64,000 bases of DNA from an uncultured Victivallales bacterium. GTDB taxonomy: Bacteria > Verrucomicrobiota > Kiritimatiellia > UBA8416. Each line of letters opens with the position of its first letter. Positions within the stretch are counted from its first letter, which is position 1. Below, piece after piece: positions 22,398-31,832 of the stretch. The position numbers and the translations under genes were made by a program. The notes beneath the pieces were generated by a model that searched no databases, had not been told where the DNA came from, and was given only the letters and a program-made list of their open reading frames with translations. The stretch is taken from positions 3,209-67,208 of the forward strand of contig CAYLXP010000005.1 of the NCBI GenBank assembly GCA_964387425.1, written 5' to 3'.

Positions 22398-24056
22398 ATG
22401 CGGCGTTTCGGTGCAGTGTTCTCACGTGCAACGGTCTTCCGTCTTCTCGCCGTTCTGATTTCCAGTTTCTTGCTGGCCTGCTCGTTTCCGCTGCCACCGG
22501 GATTGGCGTCCATGGAGGGCGCGTCCGCGGCCTGGTTGGCACTCATTCCACTCATTATCGTGGTGCGTAGCTCGCGTCCCAAGGCGGCCTTCTGGTGGGG
22601 ATGGCTGTGCGGGATGCTCTTCTGGCTGGTGTCCGCGGCGTGGATACTTGAGTTGCGGCATACGTGGGGGTTCCTGCCGGTTGTGATCCTGGCGTGGGTG
22701 GCGCTGGCTGCGTATTGCGCTCTCTACATGGGGTTGTTCTCCTCTCTGCTGGCGGGCCTGTGGCCCGGTGGCCGTCGCCGGCTTGCCCTCGTGTTGGTGA
22801 CGCCCGTTCTCTGGGTGGGGTGTGAATACCTGCGGGCAGTACTCTTCACCGGATTTCCCTGGAATCTGCTTGGGGCCAGCCAATACCGCAACATCGCAGC
22901 CATGCAGGTCGCGACATGGGGTGGGGCATACGCCGTGTCCGGGCTGATTGTTCTGCTCAATGCGGCGCTGGCGCTGACGGCCCTGCGCATCGTCAGTGAG
23001 ATCCGCCACCGCGAATCGCGTCGGCGCATCCACTACGAGCTGATGCTGGGGCTGCTTGCTATCGCGCTCTGCTGGTCGTGGGGTGTACGCACCGTGCGGC
23101 GCGGGGTTCCGGGTGGCGAAACCGAAGTGTCTGTTCGCATGGCCGCCGTGCAGCCGAACATCCCCCAGGTGCAGAAATGGTCTGAGGTGCACCGGCAGGA
23201 TGCCTATCTCGCCCTCAAGGAGCAGACGGAGCTGGCGGTGATGAGTCGTCCGGCGCTGGTGATCTGGCCGGAGACGGCGATCCCCGACTTGCTGCAGATC
23301 GATCCGCTGGCACAGCACGTTGTGTCCTCCCTGGTCACGAACGGATCCCAGTTGCTTGTGGGGTCGATGGACTATGAGCAGCCGGACGTTGACGTGCTCT
23401 ACTACAACGCGAGTTTCCTGGTGGATGAGACAAGCAGTATCGTGGGTGCTTATCGTAAGCGGCATCTTGTCCCGTTCGGCGAGTATGTTCCGTTTGAGAA
23501 CCAGGTTGCCCTGATCAAGCGCCTTGCACCGCTGGGATTCAGTTGTGTGCCGGGCGAGCCGGTTGGGCCAATGGAGTTGCGTGTGGAACACGAGGGACGT
23601 GAAACGACGGCGCCCCTTGGTGTTTTGATCTGCTTCGAAGATGTATTCCCGTACCTGGCCCGGAACGATGTGCGGGCGGGGGCACGCTTCCTCGTGAACC
23701 AGACCAACGATGCGTGGTTTGGCCCCTCGGCGGCGTCGCGCCAGCACATGGCCAATGCTGTATTTCGGGCCGTTGAGAACCGGGTTCCGCTGGTACGTTG
23801 TGCCAACACGGGGGTGACCTGCTTCATCGATCGGTTCGGCCGCATCGTCGAGCTGTTGGCGGGCGATGATGGGGATACGACCTTGAAGGGCTTCTCCGTG
23901 TCGGAGTTGCGCATTCCTCCGGCTGACATGCCGCTAACGTCCTACACGCGATTTGGCGATTGGATGTTCGCGCGTCCTTGCGCTATGGTGGTGCTCGTTC
24001 TGCTTCTGATACCGTGCATACGGAAGTGGGTTAAGAGGGAAGAAGACCATGATTGA
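22398..24056 (+). CDS. lnt: Apolipoprotein N-acyltransferase
   Basis: TGFPWNLLG, VQPNIPQ, IWPETA, KRHLVPFGEYVP, LICFED, QTNDAWF, RAVENR, NTGVT. Confidence 0.96.
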   Translation: MRRFGAVFSRATVFRLLAVLISSFLLACSFPLPPGLASMEGASAAWLALIPLIIVVRSSRPKAAFWWGWLCGMLFWLVSAAWILELRHTWGFLPVVILAWVALAAYCALYMGLFSSLLAGLWPGGRRRLALVLVTPVLWVGCEYLRAVLFTGFPWNLLGASQYRNIAAMQVATWGGAYAVSGLIVLLNAALALTALRIVSEIRHRESRRRIHYELMLGLLAIALCWSWGVRTVRRGVPGGETEVSVRMAAVQPNIPQVQKWSEVHRQDAYLALKEQTELAVMSRPALVIWPETAIPDLLQIDPLAQHVVSSLVTNGSQLLVGSMDYEQPDVDVLYYNASFLVDETSSIVGAYRKRHLVPFGEYVPFENQVALIKRLAPLGFSCVPGEPVGPMELRVEHEGRETTAPLGVLICFEDVFPYLARNDVRAGARFLVNQTNDAWFGPSAASRQHMANAVFRAVENRVPLVRCANTGVTCFIDRFGRIVELLAGDDGDTTLKGFSVSELRIPPADMPLTSYTRFGDWMFARPCAMVVLVLLLIPCIRKWVKREEDHD

Positions 24057-25177
24057 CGATATTAAGCTCCGTTTGGACAACTTGAACGCGCGCCTGGCCG
24101 AGATGCGGGGGTATCTTTGACATCGCGGCACGCGAGAAGATCGTAGCCGAGCTGGAGCAGAAGAGTAGTGCCGTCGATTTCTGGGATGACCCGAACAAGG
24201 CACGCGAGGTCATCGACAAAACGAACCAGCAGCGCGCGATTCTGAAGCCTTTCCAGGAGTTGGATTCCGTTCTCGAAGAGGCGGGGGTCATGCTGGAGCT
24301 GGCCGAACTGGAGGAGGACGAGGCCCAGAGTGGCCAGGCCCTCAAGGACATCGATGAATCCCTTGTTGCTGCGGATTCCGCGTTCGATAAGCTCGAGATC
24401 CAGTCACTGCTGAGTGGGGAACTTGATGGATCAAGCGCCTATCTCACGCTGCATGCCGGGGCCGGGGGCACGGAGTCCTGCGACTGGGCGGATATGCTCT
24501 TTCGAATGTACAGCCGTTACTGCGAGGAACACGGATTGCAGTTCGACGTGCTCGAGTGTCAGCCGGGTGATGAGGCCGGAATCAAGCGGGCGTCGATCCA
24601 GGTGTCCGGGGCATATGCCTACGGTTACCTGAAGGCCGAACGGGGCGTCCACCGTCTCGTGCGCATCAGTCCGTTCGATTCCAACAAGCGCCGGCACACC
24701 TCTTTTGCGGCGGTTGATGTTGTGGCCGAAATCTCGGATGACATCGACGTGGAGATTGCCGAGAGTGACTTGCGCGTGGATACCTACCGGGCCAGTGGCG
24801 CGGGCGGGCAGCACGTGAACACGACGGATTCGGCGGTCCGCGTCACGCACCTGCCCACGGGCATTGTTGTGGCATGCCAGGCGGAACGTTCCCAGCACAT
24901 GAACCGGGCCAAGGCCATGAAGATGTTGCGGGCCAAGGTCTACGAGATGATCCTTGACGAAAAACGCAAGGACATGGAGAAGTTCTATGGAACCAAGGGC
25001 GAGATTGCGTGGGGTAGCCAGATCCGCTCCTACGTGATGCAGCCCTACACGATGGTGAAGGATCACCGCTGTGGTGTTGAGACCTCGAATGTACAGAAGG
25101 TTCTGGATGGCGACATCCAGATGTTCATTGAGGGATGGCTGAAGAAAAAGGCTGAAACGGGAAAGTCTGAAAGCTGA
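24049..25177 (+). CDS. prfB: Peptide chain release factor 2 with programmed +1 frameshift
   Basis: ATG 24049, 23 codons to GGGGG-TAT-CTT-TGA-C (CTT 24115-24117); the +1 frame continues to 25177 and contains SPF and GGQ. Confidence 0.96.
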
Positions 25178-25282
25178 AACTAGAAGCATGACGGCGCTGT
25201 GCGCCGGCACGGCTACGGCGGAGGTGGTCCCGACGTATGTCGGGAAGCTCGCCCTACCTGATTGGATAACGAGGGAGCTGAG

Positions 25283-26167
25283 ATGGCGATTCTGAGTATG
25301 ACCGGATATGGCCGGGGTGAAGCGGCCGCTGGCGGCGTGGAGGTCGTGGTTGAGCTGAGCTCCGTGAACCGGAAGCAGTTTGATTTGCGGTTGAATCTGC
25401 CGCGCACACTGGCGGCGTTGGAGTCACAGATTTCCAAGCTCGTCAAAGCCTGTGTGTCACGCGGCTGCGTGACGGGTAGCGTGCGGGTATTGGTGACCGG
25501 TAAGGCCCGCAGTGGTGGGATCTTTGTCGACATGGATGCCGCTGCCGCCGGCATCAAGGCCCTGCGGGATGCGGCCGGGAAGCTCGGCTTGGAGGATGAC
25601 CTGACCGCCGCGGCCCTGATGCGGCTGCCGGATGTCGTCTGCTTCGAGGACGCGGCCAAGGATTCACAGAAGGTCTGGCCGGTGTTAAAGCGCGCGCTGC
25701 AGGGCGCGCTCAAGCAGCTGGTCGAGATGCGGACCGTCGAGGGCGCAGCCCTGGAGAAGGATCTGACGAAACGCTTTGCCAAGCTGGAACGCCGCGTGGG
25801 GCAGATTGAACGCCTGGCCCCGAGCGTGCCGCGCCGCTATCGTCGCGCGTTGATCGCGCGCCTGGCCGATGCGAAACTCCCGGTCACGCTCAGCGAAGAG
25901 CAGCTCGCCAAAGAGATCGCGATGTTTGCGGATCGCTGCAGCATTTCAGAAGAGCTGGTGCGGCTGCAAAGCCATTTCGAGCAGGCCCGGCAAATCATGG
26001 CACGCAAGGAGCCGACGGGACGTGCTTTCGACTTTCTATGCCAGGAGTTCCTGCGGGAGATCAACACGGTTGGCTCCAAGGCCAACGATGCGCGGCTCTC
26101 CAGGCACGTAATCGCCTTTAAAACCGAGCTGGAATGCGTTCGGGAACAGGTTCAGAACATTGAGTAG
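25283..26167 (+). CDS. yicC: YicC/YloC-family endoribonuclease
   Basis: SMTGYG, SVNRK, ISEELVRLQSH, FLCQEFLREINTVGSK, REQVQNIE. Confidence 0.93.
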   Translation: MAILSMTGYGRGEAAAGGVEVVVELSSVNRKQFDLRLNLPRTLAALESQISKLVKACVSRGCVTGSVRVLVTGKARSGGIFVDMDAAAAGIKALRDAAGKLGLEDDLTAAALMRLPDVVCFEDAAKDSQKVWPVLKRALQGALKQLVEMRTVEGAALEKDLTKRFAKLERRVGQIERLAPSVPRRYRRALIARLADAKLPVTLSEEQLAKEIAMFADRCSISEELVRLQSHFEQARQIMARKEPTGRAFDFLCQEFLREINTVGSKANDARLSRHVIAFKTELECVREQVQNIE

Positions 26168-26168
26168 T

Positions 26169-26762
26169 ATGCAACGGCCCCTGTTAATCGTGGTATCGGC
26201 GCCCTCGGGTGCCGGGAAGAGTACACTATGTGACCGGCTTCTCGCCGAGTCTCCGGATGTTGTCTACTCCGTGTCCTGCACCACGCGGCCGCCGCGCGGC
26301 GAGGAGCAGGATGGCGTGGCCTACTACTTCTTGACGCCCGAGGTGTTTGAGCAGCGCGTACGGGAGGGCGCCTTCCTGGAGCACGCAACCGTCCATGACA
26401 ATCGTTACGGTACCCTGAAGGAGACCGTGCGTTCGGCTATGGCGGCCGGCAAGAGTGTTATGATGGACATCGACGTACAAGGTGCCGCGCAGGTGCGGGA
26501 GGCGCTGGCCGGACTTCCCGACGATGACGCGATGGTACAGGGCTTCGTGGACGTGTTCATAGAGCCGCCGTCGCTCGAGGTGTTGCGGCAGCGGCTTGAA
26601 GGACGCGGTGAAGATGCGCCCGAGGTGATTGAACGGCGTCTCAACAACGCGGCGCAGGAGATGGCGTGTGCCGATGCCTACCGGCACCGTGTGATCAACG
26701 ACGACTTGGATACGGCGCTGGATGAACTGCGCGGTATCCTGGACCGGGAGGGTTCACGATGA
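26169..26762 (+). CDS. gmk: Guanylate kinase
   Basis: SAPSGAGKST, SCTTRPPRGEE, YGT, DIDVQGA, PPSLEVLRQRL. Confidence 0.96.
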   Translation: MQRPLLIVVSAPSGAGKSTLCDRLLAESPDVVYSVSCTTRPPRGEEQDGVAYYFLTPEVFEQRVREGAFLEHATVHDNRYGTLKETVRSAMAAGKSVMMDIDVQGAAQVREALAGLPDDDAMVQGFVDVFIEPPSLEVLRQRLEGRGEDAPEVIERRLNNAAQEMACADAYRHRVINDDLDTALDELRGILDREGSR

Positions 26763-27301
26763 ACGTACTGCTGGGTGTGACAGGATCGATTGCAGCCTAC
26801 AAGGCTGCCGAGCTGGTTCGGCTGCTGCAGAAGCAGGGCTGCGAGGTACAGGTGGTGATGACGCGTGCGGCGGCCGAGTTTGTCACCGAACTCACGTTCC
26901 GTTCGCTTTCGCGATACCCGGTGCACATCGAGATGTTTCCGCATACCGAAGAGTGGCGGCCGGATCACATTTCCCTCGGTGAGTGGCCGGATGTTTTCGC
27001 GGTGGCGCCCTGCACGGCAAATGTAATTGCCAAGATGGCGCATGGGATTGCGGATGACCTGTTGTCCTGTACGGCGTTGGGCATGCAGGCGCCGGTCGTT
27101 GTGGCGCCGGCCATGAACGACCGCATGTGGGCCCACCCGGCGACCCAGGCGAACGTGGCGTTGCTCAAGGAACGTGGGGTCACGTTCGTTGACGTTGGTA
27201 CCGGCGACCTGGCCTGCGGCTACCAGGCTCAGGGGCGGCTGGCAGAGCTCGACGTCATCGTGGAGACCATCATGGCGACAGCAAAGGAGCGTGAGGCATG
27301 A
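26759..27301 (+). CDS. coaC: Stand-alone phosphopantothenoylcysteine decarboxylase (flavoprotein)
   Basis: GVTGSIAAYKA, HI, APCTANVIAK, PAMNDRMW, LACG; only 180 aa, no CoaB domain. Confidence 0.85.
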   Translation: MNVLLGVTGSIAAYKAAELVRLLQKQGCEVQVVMTRAAAEFVTELTFRSLSRYPVHIEMFPHTEEWRPDHISLGEWPDVFAVAPCTANVIAKMAHGIADDLLSCTALGMQAPVVVAPAMNDRMWAHPATQANVALLKERGVTFVDVGTGDLACGYQAQGRLAELDVIVETIMATAKEREA

Positions 27302-27477
27302 GCAAGCGATTTGTGACAGGACTGATTCTGATCGGCGTCGCCATCCTGATTCTTCTGCTCAATACGAACGGCAAAGTCACCATCAACTTCGTTCTTTTTG
27401 ACATCGGTGTTCTGAAATCGATCGCGTTTCTCTTCTTCCTTGGCGTAGGCGTATTCATTGGTGCCCTGCTGCGATGA
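27298..27477 (+). CDS. Small two-TM membrane protein, LapA-like, 59 aa (absent from the ORF track)
   Basis: MSKRFVTGLILIGVAILILLLNTNGKVTINFVLFDIGVLKSIAFLFFLGVGVFIGALLR; ATGA overlaps with both neighbours. Confidence 0.8.
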   Translation: MSKRFVTGLILIGVAILILLLNTNGKVTINFVLFDIGVLKSIAFLFFLGVGVFIGALLR

Positions 27478-27836
27478 AGACCGGGCAGCTCATGCTTGGT
27501 GACGAGGTCTTTGTCCCGAACCTGTTGATTGCGGACGGTATCTGGTCGCGCATGCGGGGTCTGTTGGGGCGGTCAGGGCTTCCGGATGGAACGGGTATGC
27601 TGCTCTCTCCCTGCAACTCCATTCACACCGTTGGGATGCGGTTTGCGCTGGATGTCATCTTCCTGGATCGGGACCGGCAGGTGGTTCGTGTGGTACAATC
27701 TGTGCGGCCGAATCGATTTGCGCTGGGCGGCCGGGGAGCCAAGTCTGCTGTTGAGCTGGCGGCCGGGGCAGTTGATCTGTCGCGGATTGAGGTTGGCGTA
27801 TCTCTTTCGATGAAAGGAGCCACGAGCAATGAGTAG
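27474..27836 (+). CDS. DUF192-family protein
   Basis: RMRGLLGR, GMLL.PCNSIHTVGMRFALDVIFLD, AVELAAG. Confidence 0.88.
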   Translation: MKTGQLMLGDEVFVPNLLIADGIWSRMRGLLGRSGLPDGTGMLLSPCNSIHTVGMRFALDVIFLDRDRQVVRVVQSVRPNRFALGGRGAKSAVELAAGAVDLSRIEVGVSLSMKGATSNE

Positions 27837-28749
27837 TGATCTGAAGTCGGCTGTGACCCGGCGTGATGTTCTAAAGGCTTCGGGGGCAGCGTGCCTTGCC
27901 GGAGTTGTCCCCGTCACCGTTTGGGCCGAGCCGTCTTCTGCGGCGAACACCATTGCCCGCATTGGCCTTGTGACGGACTGCCACTATGCGGCCGTTGAAG
28001 TGCGAGGCAATCGTTTCTATCGCCAGTCGCAGGCCAAGCTGCAGGAGTGTGTGGACGCGATGAACCGTGAGGGTGTTGACGCTCTTGTGGAACTAGGGGA
28101 TTTCAAGGACCAGGATAATCCGGTAGTCGAAACGAATACGCTCGAGTATCTCAGGACGATTGAAACCGCCTTCCGGCGTTTCCACGGCCCCTGCTTCCAT
28201 GTCCTGGGCAACCACGACATGGATAGCATCTCGAAAGAGCAGTTCCAGTCGATTGCTGCAAACACGGGCATTCCTGCCGAAAAGACCTGGTACAGTTTCG
28301 ATGTTGGGGGAGTGCATGGCGTCGTACTGGATGCCAACTTCTCCGACGACGGCACCGCTCACGATCACGGCCGCTTCAAGTGGACCGAAGCGTTCATTCC
28401 GCGCGATCAGCTCGTGTGGTTGCAGGCGGACCTCAAGGCGACGAAGCTACCGGTCGTGGTGTTCGTTCATCAGCGTCTGGATGGTGATGGCAACCACTAC
28501 GTCAACAACAGCCTACAGGTACGCAGCGTTCTGGAGCGTTCCGGCAGGGTTCTCGCGGTATTCCAGGGACACGACCATCCCGGCGGGCATAGCCACATCA
28601 ACGGAATTCACTACTACACGCTGAAGGCCGTGGTCGACAACTCCGGCCCGGAGAACAGCGCCTACGCCATTGCCGAAGTGGCTGCTAACGGCGACATTGC
28701 CGTAACGGGGTACCGCAGAGCGGTGAGTATGCAGTTGGCTGAAGCATAG
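27829..28749 (+). CDS. Tat-exported metallophosphoesterase
   Basis: Twin-arginine signal TRRDVLK; DCHY, LGD, LGNHD, FVHQ, QGHDH. Confidence 0.88.
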   Translation: MSSDLKSAVTRRDVLKASGAACLAGVVPVTVWAEPSSAANTIARIGLVTDCHYAAVEVRGNRFYRQSQAKLQECVDAMNREGVDALVELGDFKDQDNPVVETNTLEYLRTIETAFRRFHGPCFHVLGNHDMDSISKEQFQSIAANTGIPAEKTWYSFDVGGVHGVVLDANFSDDGTAHDHGRFKWTEAFIPRDQLVWLQADLKATKLPVVVFVHQRLDGDGNHYVNNSLQVRSVLERSGRVLAVFQGHDHPGGHSHINGIHYYTLKAVVDNSGPENSAYAIAEVAANGDIAVTGYRRAVSMQLAEA

Positions 28750-28909
28750 TGTCGCTTGCTCACAGCCACGGCGACGATCTTCTCTCGACTTGGAGGGCAG
28801 AATCAAGCCGTCCAATACGTGTGTTGGTTGCGTTACAATCTTAGCAGTGGATTCTAATGGCAGAAACGGGATCAACTGTGTGACTCTTGCACAAAGGAGG
28901 GCTGAACTG

Positions 28910-29092
28910 ATGAGTGAAGACCAAGTTGTTCTCACCGATGTGAGGATCCCATTCGGGAGGATGGTCATGATCATCCTCAAGTTCATGCTGGCGTCCATCC
29001 CGGCCGTGTTGCTGCTCTATGCGGTCATCTTCGCGATAATGCTGATCTGTGGTGTCGGCATTGGAGGATGCGCGGCATTGCTGTCACAGTAG
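28910..29092 (+). CDS. Small membrane protein, 60 aa
   Basis: Strong RBS AAAGGAGG; VVLTDVRIPFGRMVMIILKFMLASIPA followed by a hydrophobic stretch. Confidence 0.75.
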   Translation: MSEDQVVLTDVRIPFGRMVMIILKFMLASIPAVLLLYAVIFAIMLICGVGIGGCAALLSQ

Positions 29093-29107
29093 GAAAGGAG
29101 AATCGAT

Positions 29108-29410
29108 ATGCCGGATGCCACAAACTACCTGGCGCTACTCCGTGAACGCGGTATTCTTGGCTGGAAGGCTCTTGGCCGTCAGCTCTATCGAGAAATACCC
29201 AAGGACGAGAACCATCGGCTCTCCAAGACTCAGATCGAGAGCTACCTGCAGCACTCCCTGGGACTCACCAGGGATCGAGCGGCGGAGCTCCTTCGCGCCC
29301 TGAATGACATTGGGATACTGGAAGCGGTTGAGGGGGCAGACAGAGGCGAGAAGCTCTTTGCTCTCCACAAGGAAGTGTCTGCAGAAGAAGCAACGGCGGA
29401 TAGCGAATAG
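29108..29410 (+). CDS. Hypothetical protein, possibly winged-helix
   Basis: RBS AAAGGAG; helix-turn-helix-wing-like segment LGLTRDRAAELLRALNDIGILE. Confidence 0.6.
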   Translation: MPDATNYLALLRERGILGWKALGRQLYREIPKDENHRLSKTQIESYLQHSLGLTRDRAAELLRALNDIGILEAVEGADRGEKLFALHKEVSAEEATADSE

Positions 29411-29421
29411 GAATCGAAGAG

Positions 29422-31791
29422 ATGCATCCACGTGGTTCTTGGTTTAGGAGCACGTGCATGGGACATAGCCTCGGCTTGATCGCGGCTGGTCTCATGTTAA
29501 TAGCGCTAACCGCGCGCGAAGCTGAAGCCGATGCGCCCGGGGTCACCCACCTGTCCACGGTGGCTCCCGACATCCTCGCCGTGACCATTGACCAGGGGCG
29601 CGTGGAGTATGGCCGGCAGGTCCCTTACGAGCCGCACCCGGCCGACACGGTCGACCGGACGACACACACGCATTGGGTGCGCCGCGAGGGGCAGTTCATC
29701 GGGTCACTGGTGGGCAAGCAGCAAAGGACTCTGTTTACGCCTGACCGTCTCGTGCGCGGCTCTGTCAATGCAGCGACGTTGGACGCGCTGGAGACCTACT
29801 CGGTCACATGCGGAGGGAATGCGGTCGGTATCCGCGCGGTCTGCCGCAAGACGAAGCCAACCGGCATTGCGCGCGTGGCCGAATGGAGTTTCCAAGCGCC
29901 CCTCAGGCACGTGGTGTACCTGGAGCTCGAGCGCCCGCTCGTGGCCGGAAAGCGGTGCACGGTGCGCTTCAAGAACGGACTGCCCGGCAGGGATTTCGTG
30001 TACAAACCGGCTGAGTTGCGAAGCGAGGCCGTGCATGTGAGCCATGTGGGCTTCCGTCCCGATGATCCGGCCAAAGTGGCATTTCTGTCCTGCTGGATGG
30101 GAACCGGCGGCGGCTATCCTTACCGGGAGGGGATGGCATTCCGTGTGCTGGAACACAAGAGCGGCAGGGTGGTACTCGAGGGAAGAGCGGAACTGTCCAA
30201 GGCTGCCCAAGATCGCACGGAAGACGCCTACAAGAACAACTTCAATGGAACGGACGTGTACGTCCTCGACTTTTCCGCGCTCCGCAGGCCGGGCACGTAC
30301 CGCGTGTTTGTGGATGGCGTCGGCTGCTCGTATCCGTTCGCCGTCCGGGAAGACACATGGCGCCGGGCTTTCTATGTGAGCTGCCGCGGTTTCTACCATC
30401 AGCGTAGCGGTATTGCGCTCGGACCACCGCATACGGACTTCCGGCGCCCGCGGGGCTTCCACCCGGATGACGGGGTCAAGGTATACGCCTCCACGACCGC
30501 GCTCATGGATACGAAGAACGGTTTGAGCCAGGAGGGCTCAAACTTCGGCAATCTTGTCGAAGGGCGAACCGATCGTGTTGTGCCCAACGCGTGGGGTGGC
30601 TACATGGATGCAGGGGACTGGGACCGTCGGATCCAGCACTTGGTTGTCTCGAACTACCTGCTTGAGCTCGCCCTGTTGCACGAAGGCTACTTCCGGGAGT
30701 TGAAGCTCAACATTCCGGAGTCGGGCAATGCTCTGCCGGACGTCGTGGACGAGGCGCTCTTCAACCTGGATTGCTACCGCCGTATGCAGACGAAGGACGG
30801 TGGCATACGCGGCGGTATCGAGTCGGAGGAGCATCCCCGCCAGGGGGAGGGGAGTTGGCAGGAGTCGCTGGCCATCATGGCCTATGCGCCCGGCGTATGG
30901 TCAAGCTACGTGTACGCGGGAACCGCGGCACGCGCGTCCCTCTGTCTTGAGCGATACGACAGGAAGCTCGCCGGCACCTATCGGGAAAGCGCGATACGCG
31001 CGATGGAGTGGGCGGAGCGCGAGTTGCCGGAGCGTGAGGGCAAGAGCGATCCCCATGCCGTACACGACAGTCGGAACCTGGCGTCGGCGGAGCTCTTCCG
31101 CCTGACCGGCGACAAGCGATGGCATGACGTGTTCCTGGCCACGAGCTTCCTCAAGAAGCCCGGGACGCCCCTGTACCAGTGGAACAGCCACGAACAACGT
31201 GACGCCGCTTGGGTATACGCGCGCACGCGGCAACCAGGTATGGACGAGGGTGTGCAGCGAAACTGCATCCAGGCCATCCAGGCCGAGGCCAATGACCGGG
31301 TGACATGGTGCTACAAAACCGGGTTCCGCTGGACCAAGGATCCGTGGCGCCCCCTGGGGTGGGGTGCCGCTACGTCGCCGGATACCTTGAGCCTGGTTCG
31401 AGCACATGCACTGACCGGGGACGAGAAGTACTTGAAAGCTATAGTGTTGGCGTGTGGCACGGGAACCGGAGCGAATCCGGTCAACATCTGCTACACAACG
31501 GGATTGGGGCACGACTGGCCGCGGAGCCCGCTACACGTCGATTCCCGGGTCATGCGTTGTCCGCCTCCCCCCGGGCTGACCGTGTTCGGACCCGTGGATG
31601 TGAAGCGTGAGCAGAAGCGCAAGTACTACATTCTGGAGAAGCACAACTTCTGGCATCCTTCCCCGTACCAATGGCCGTCGCTGGAGGCGTTCTGGGATGT
31701 TTTCTGGTATCCGTCCATGTGTGAGTATACCGTCCAGAGTCCAATGGCAATCACGGCCTACACTTGGGGTTACCTGGCGGCACGCAAGTGA
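29422..31791 (+). CDS. Glycoside hydrolase family 9 with N-terminal Ig-like domains, secreted (start uncertain)
   Basis: VHVSHVGF.P, FYHQRSG, WGGYMDAGDWDR (GH9 DAGD), GANP...YTTGLG, C-terminal CEYTV. Confidence 0.88.
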   Translation: MHPRGSWFRSTCMGHSLGLIAAGLMLIALTAREAEADAPGVTHLSTVAPDILAVTIDQGRVEYGRQVPYEPHPADTVDRTTHTHWVRREGQFIGSLVGKQQRTLFTPDRLVRGSVNAATLDALETYSVTCGGNAVGIRAVCRKTKPTGIARVAEWSFQAPLRHVVYLELERPLVAGKRCTVRFKNGLPGRDFVYKPAELRSEAVHVSHVGFRPDDPAKVAFLSCWMGTGGGYPYREGMAFRVLEHKSGRVVLEGRAELSKAAQDRTEDAYKNNFNGTDVYVLDFSALRRPGTYRVFVDGVGCSYPFAVREDTWRRAFYVSCRGFYHQRSGIALGPPHTDFRRPRGFHPDDGVKVYASTTALMDTKNGLSQEGSNFGNLVEGRTDRVVPNAWGGYMDAGDWDRRIQHLVVSNYLLELALLHEGYFRELKLNIPESGNALPDVVDEALFNLDCYRRMQTKDGGIRGGIESEEHPRQGEGSWQESLAIMAYAPGVWSSYVYAGTAARASLCLERYDRKLAGTYRESAIRAMEWAERELPEREGKSDPHAVHDSRNLASAELFRLTGDKRWHDVFLATSFLKKPGTPLYQWNSHEQRDAAWVYARTRQPGMDEGVQRNCIQAIQAEANDRVTWCYKTGFRWTKDPWRPLGWGAATSPDTLSLVRAHALTGDEKYLKAIVLACGTGTGANPVNICYTTGLGHDWPRSPLHVDSRVMRCPPPPGLTVFGPVDVKREQKRKYYILEKHNFWHPSPYQWPSLEAFWDVFWYPSMCEYTVQSPMAITAYTWGYLAARK

Positions 31792-31832
31792 GACCGAGCA
31801 CTTGACACGCATGGCGTCTGACGGAGGTTTGG

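Noticed and set aside
24049-24259. prfB as a pseudogene or with a start at 24260
   Set aside because: The in-frame TGA is the canonical programmed frameshift site
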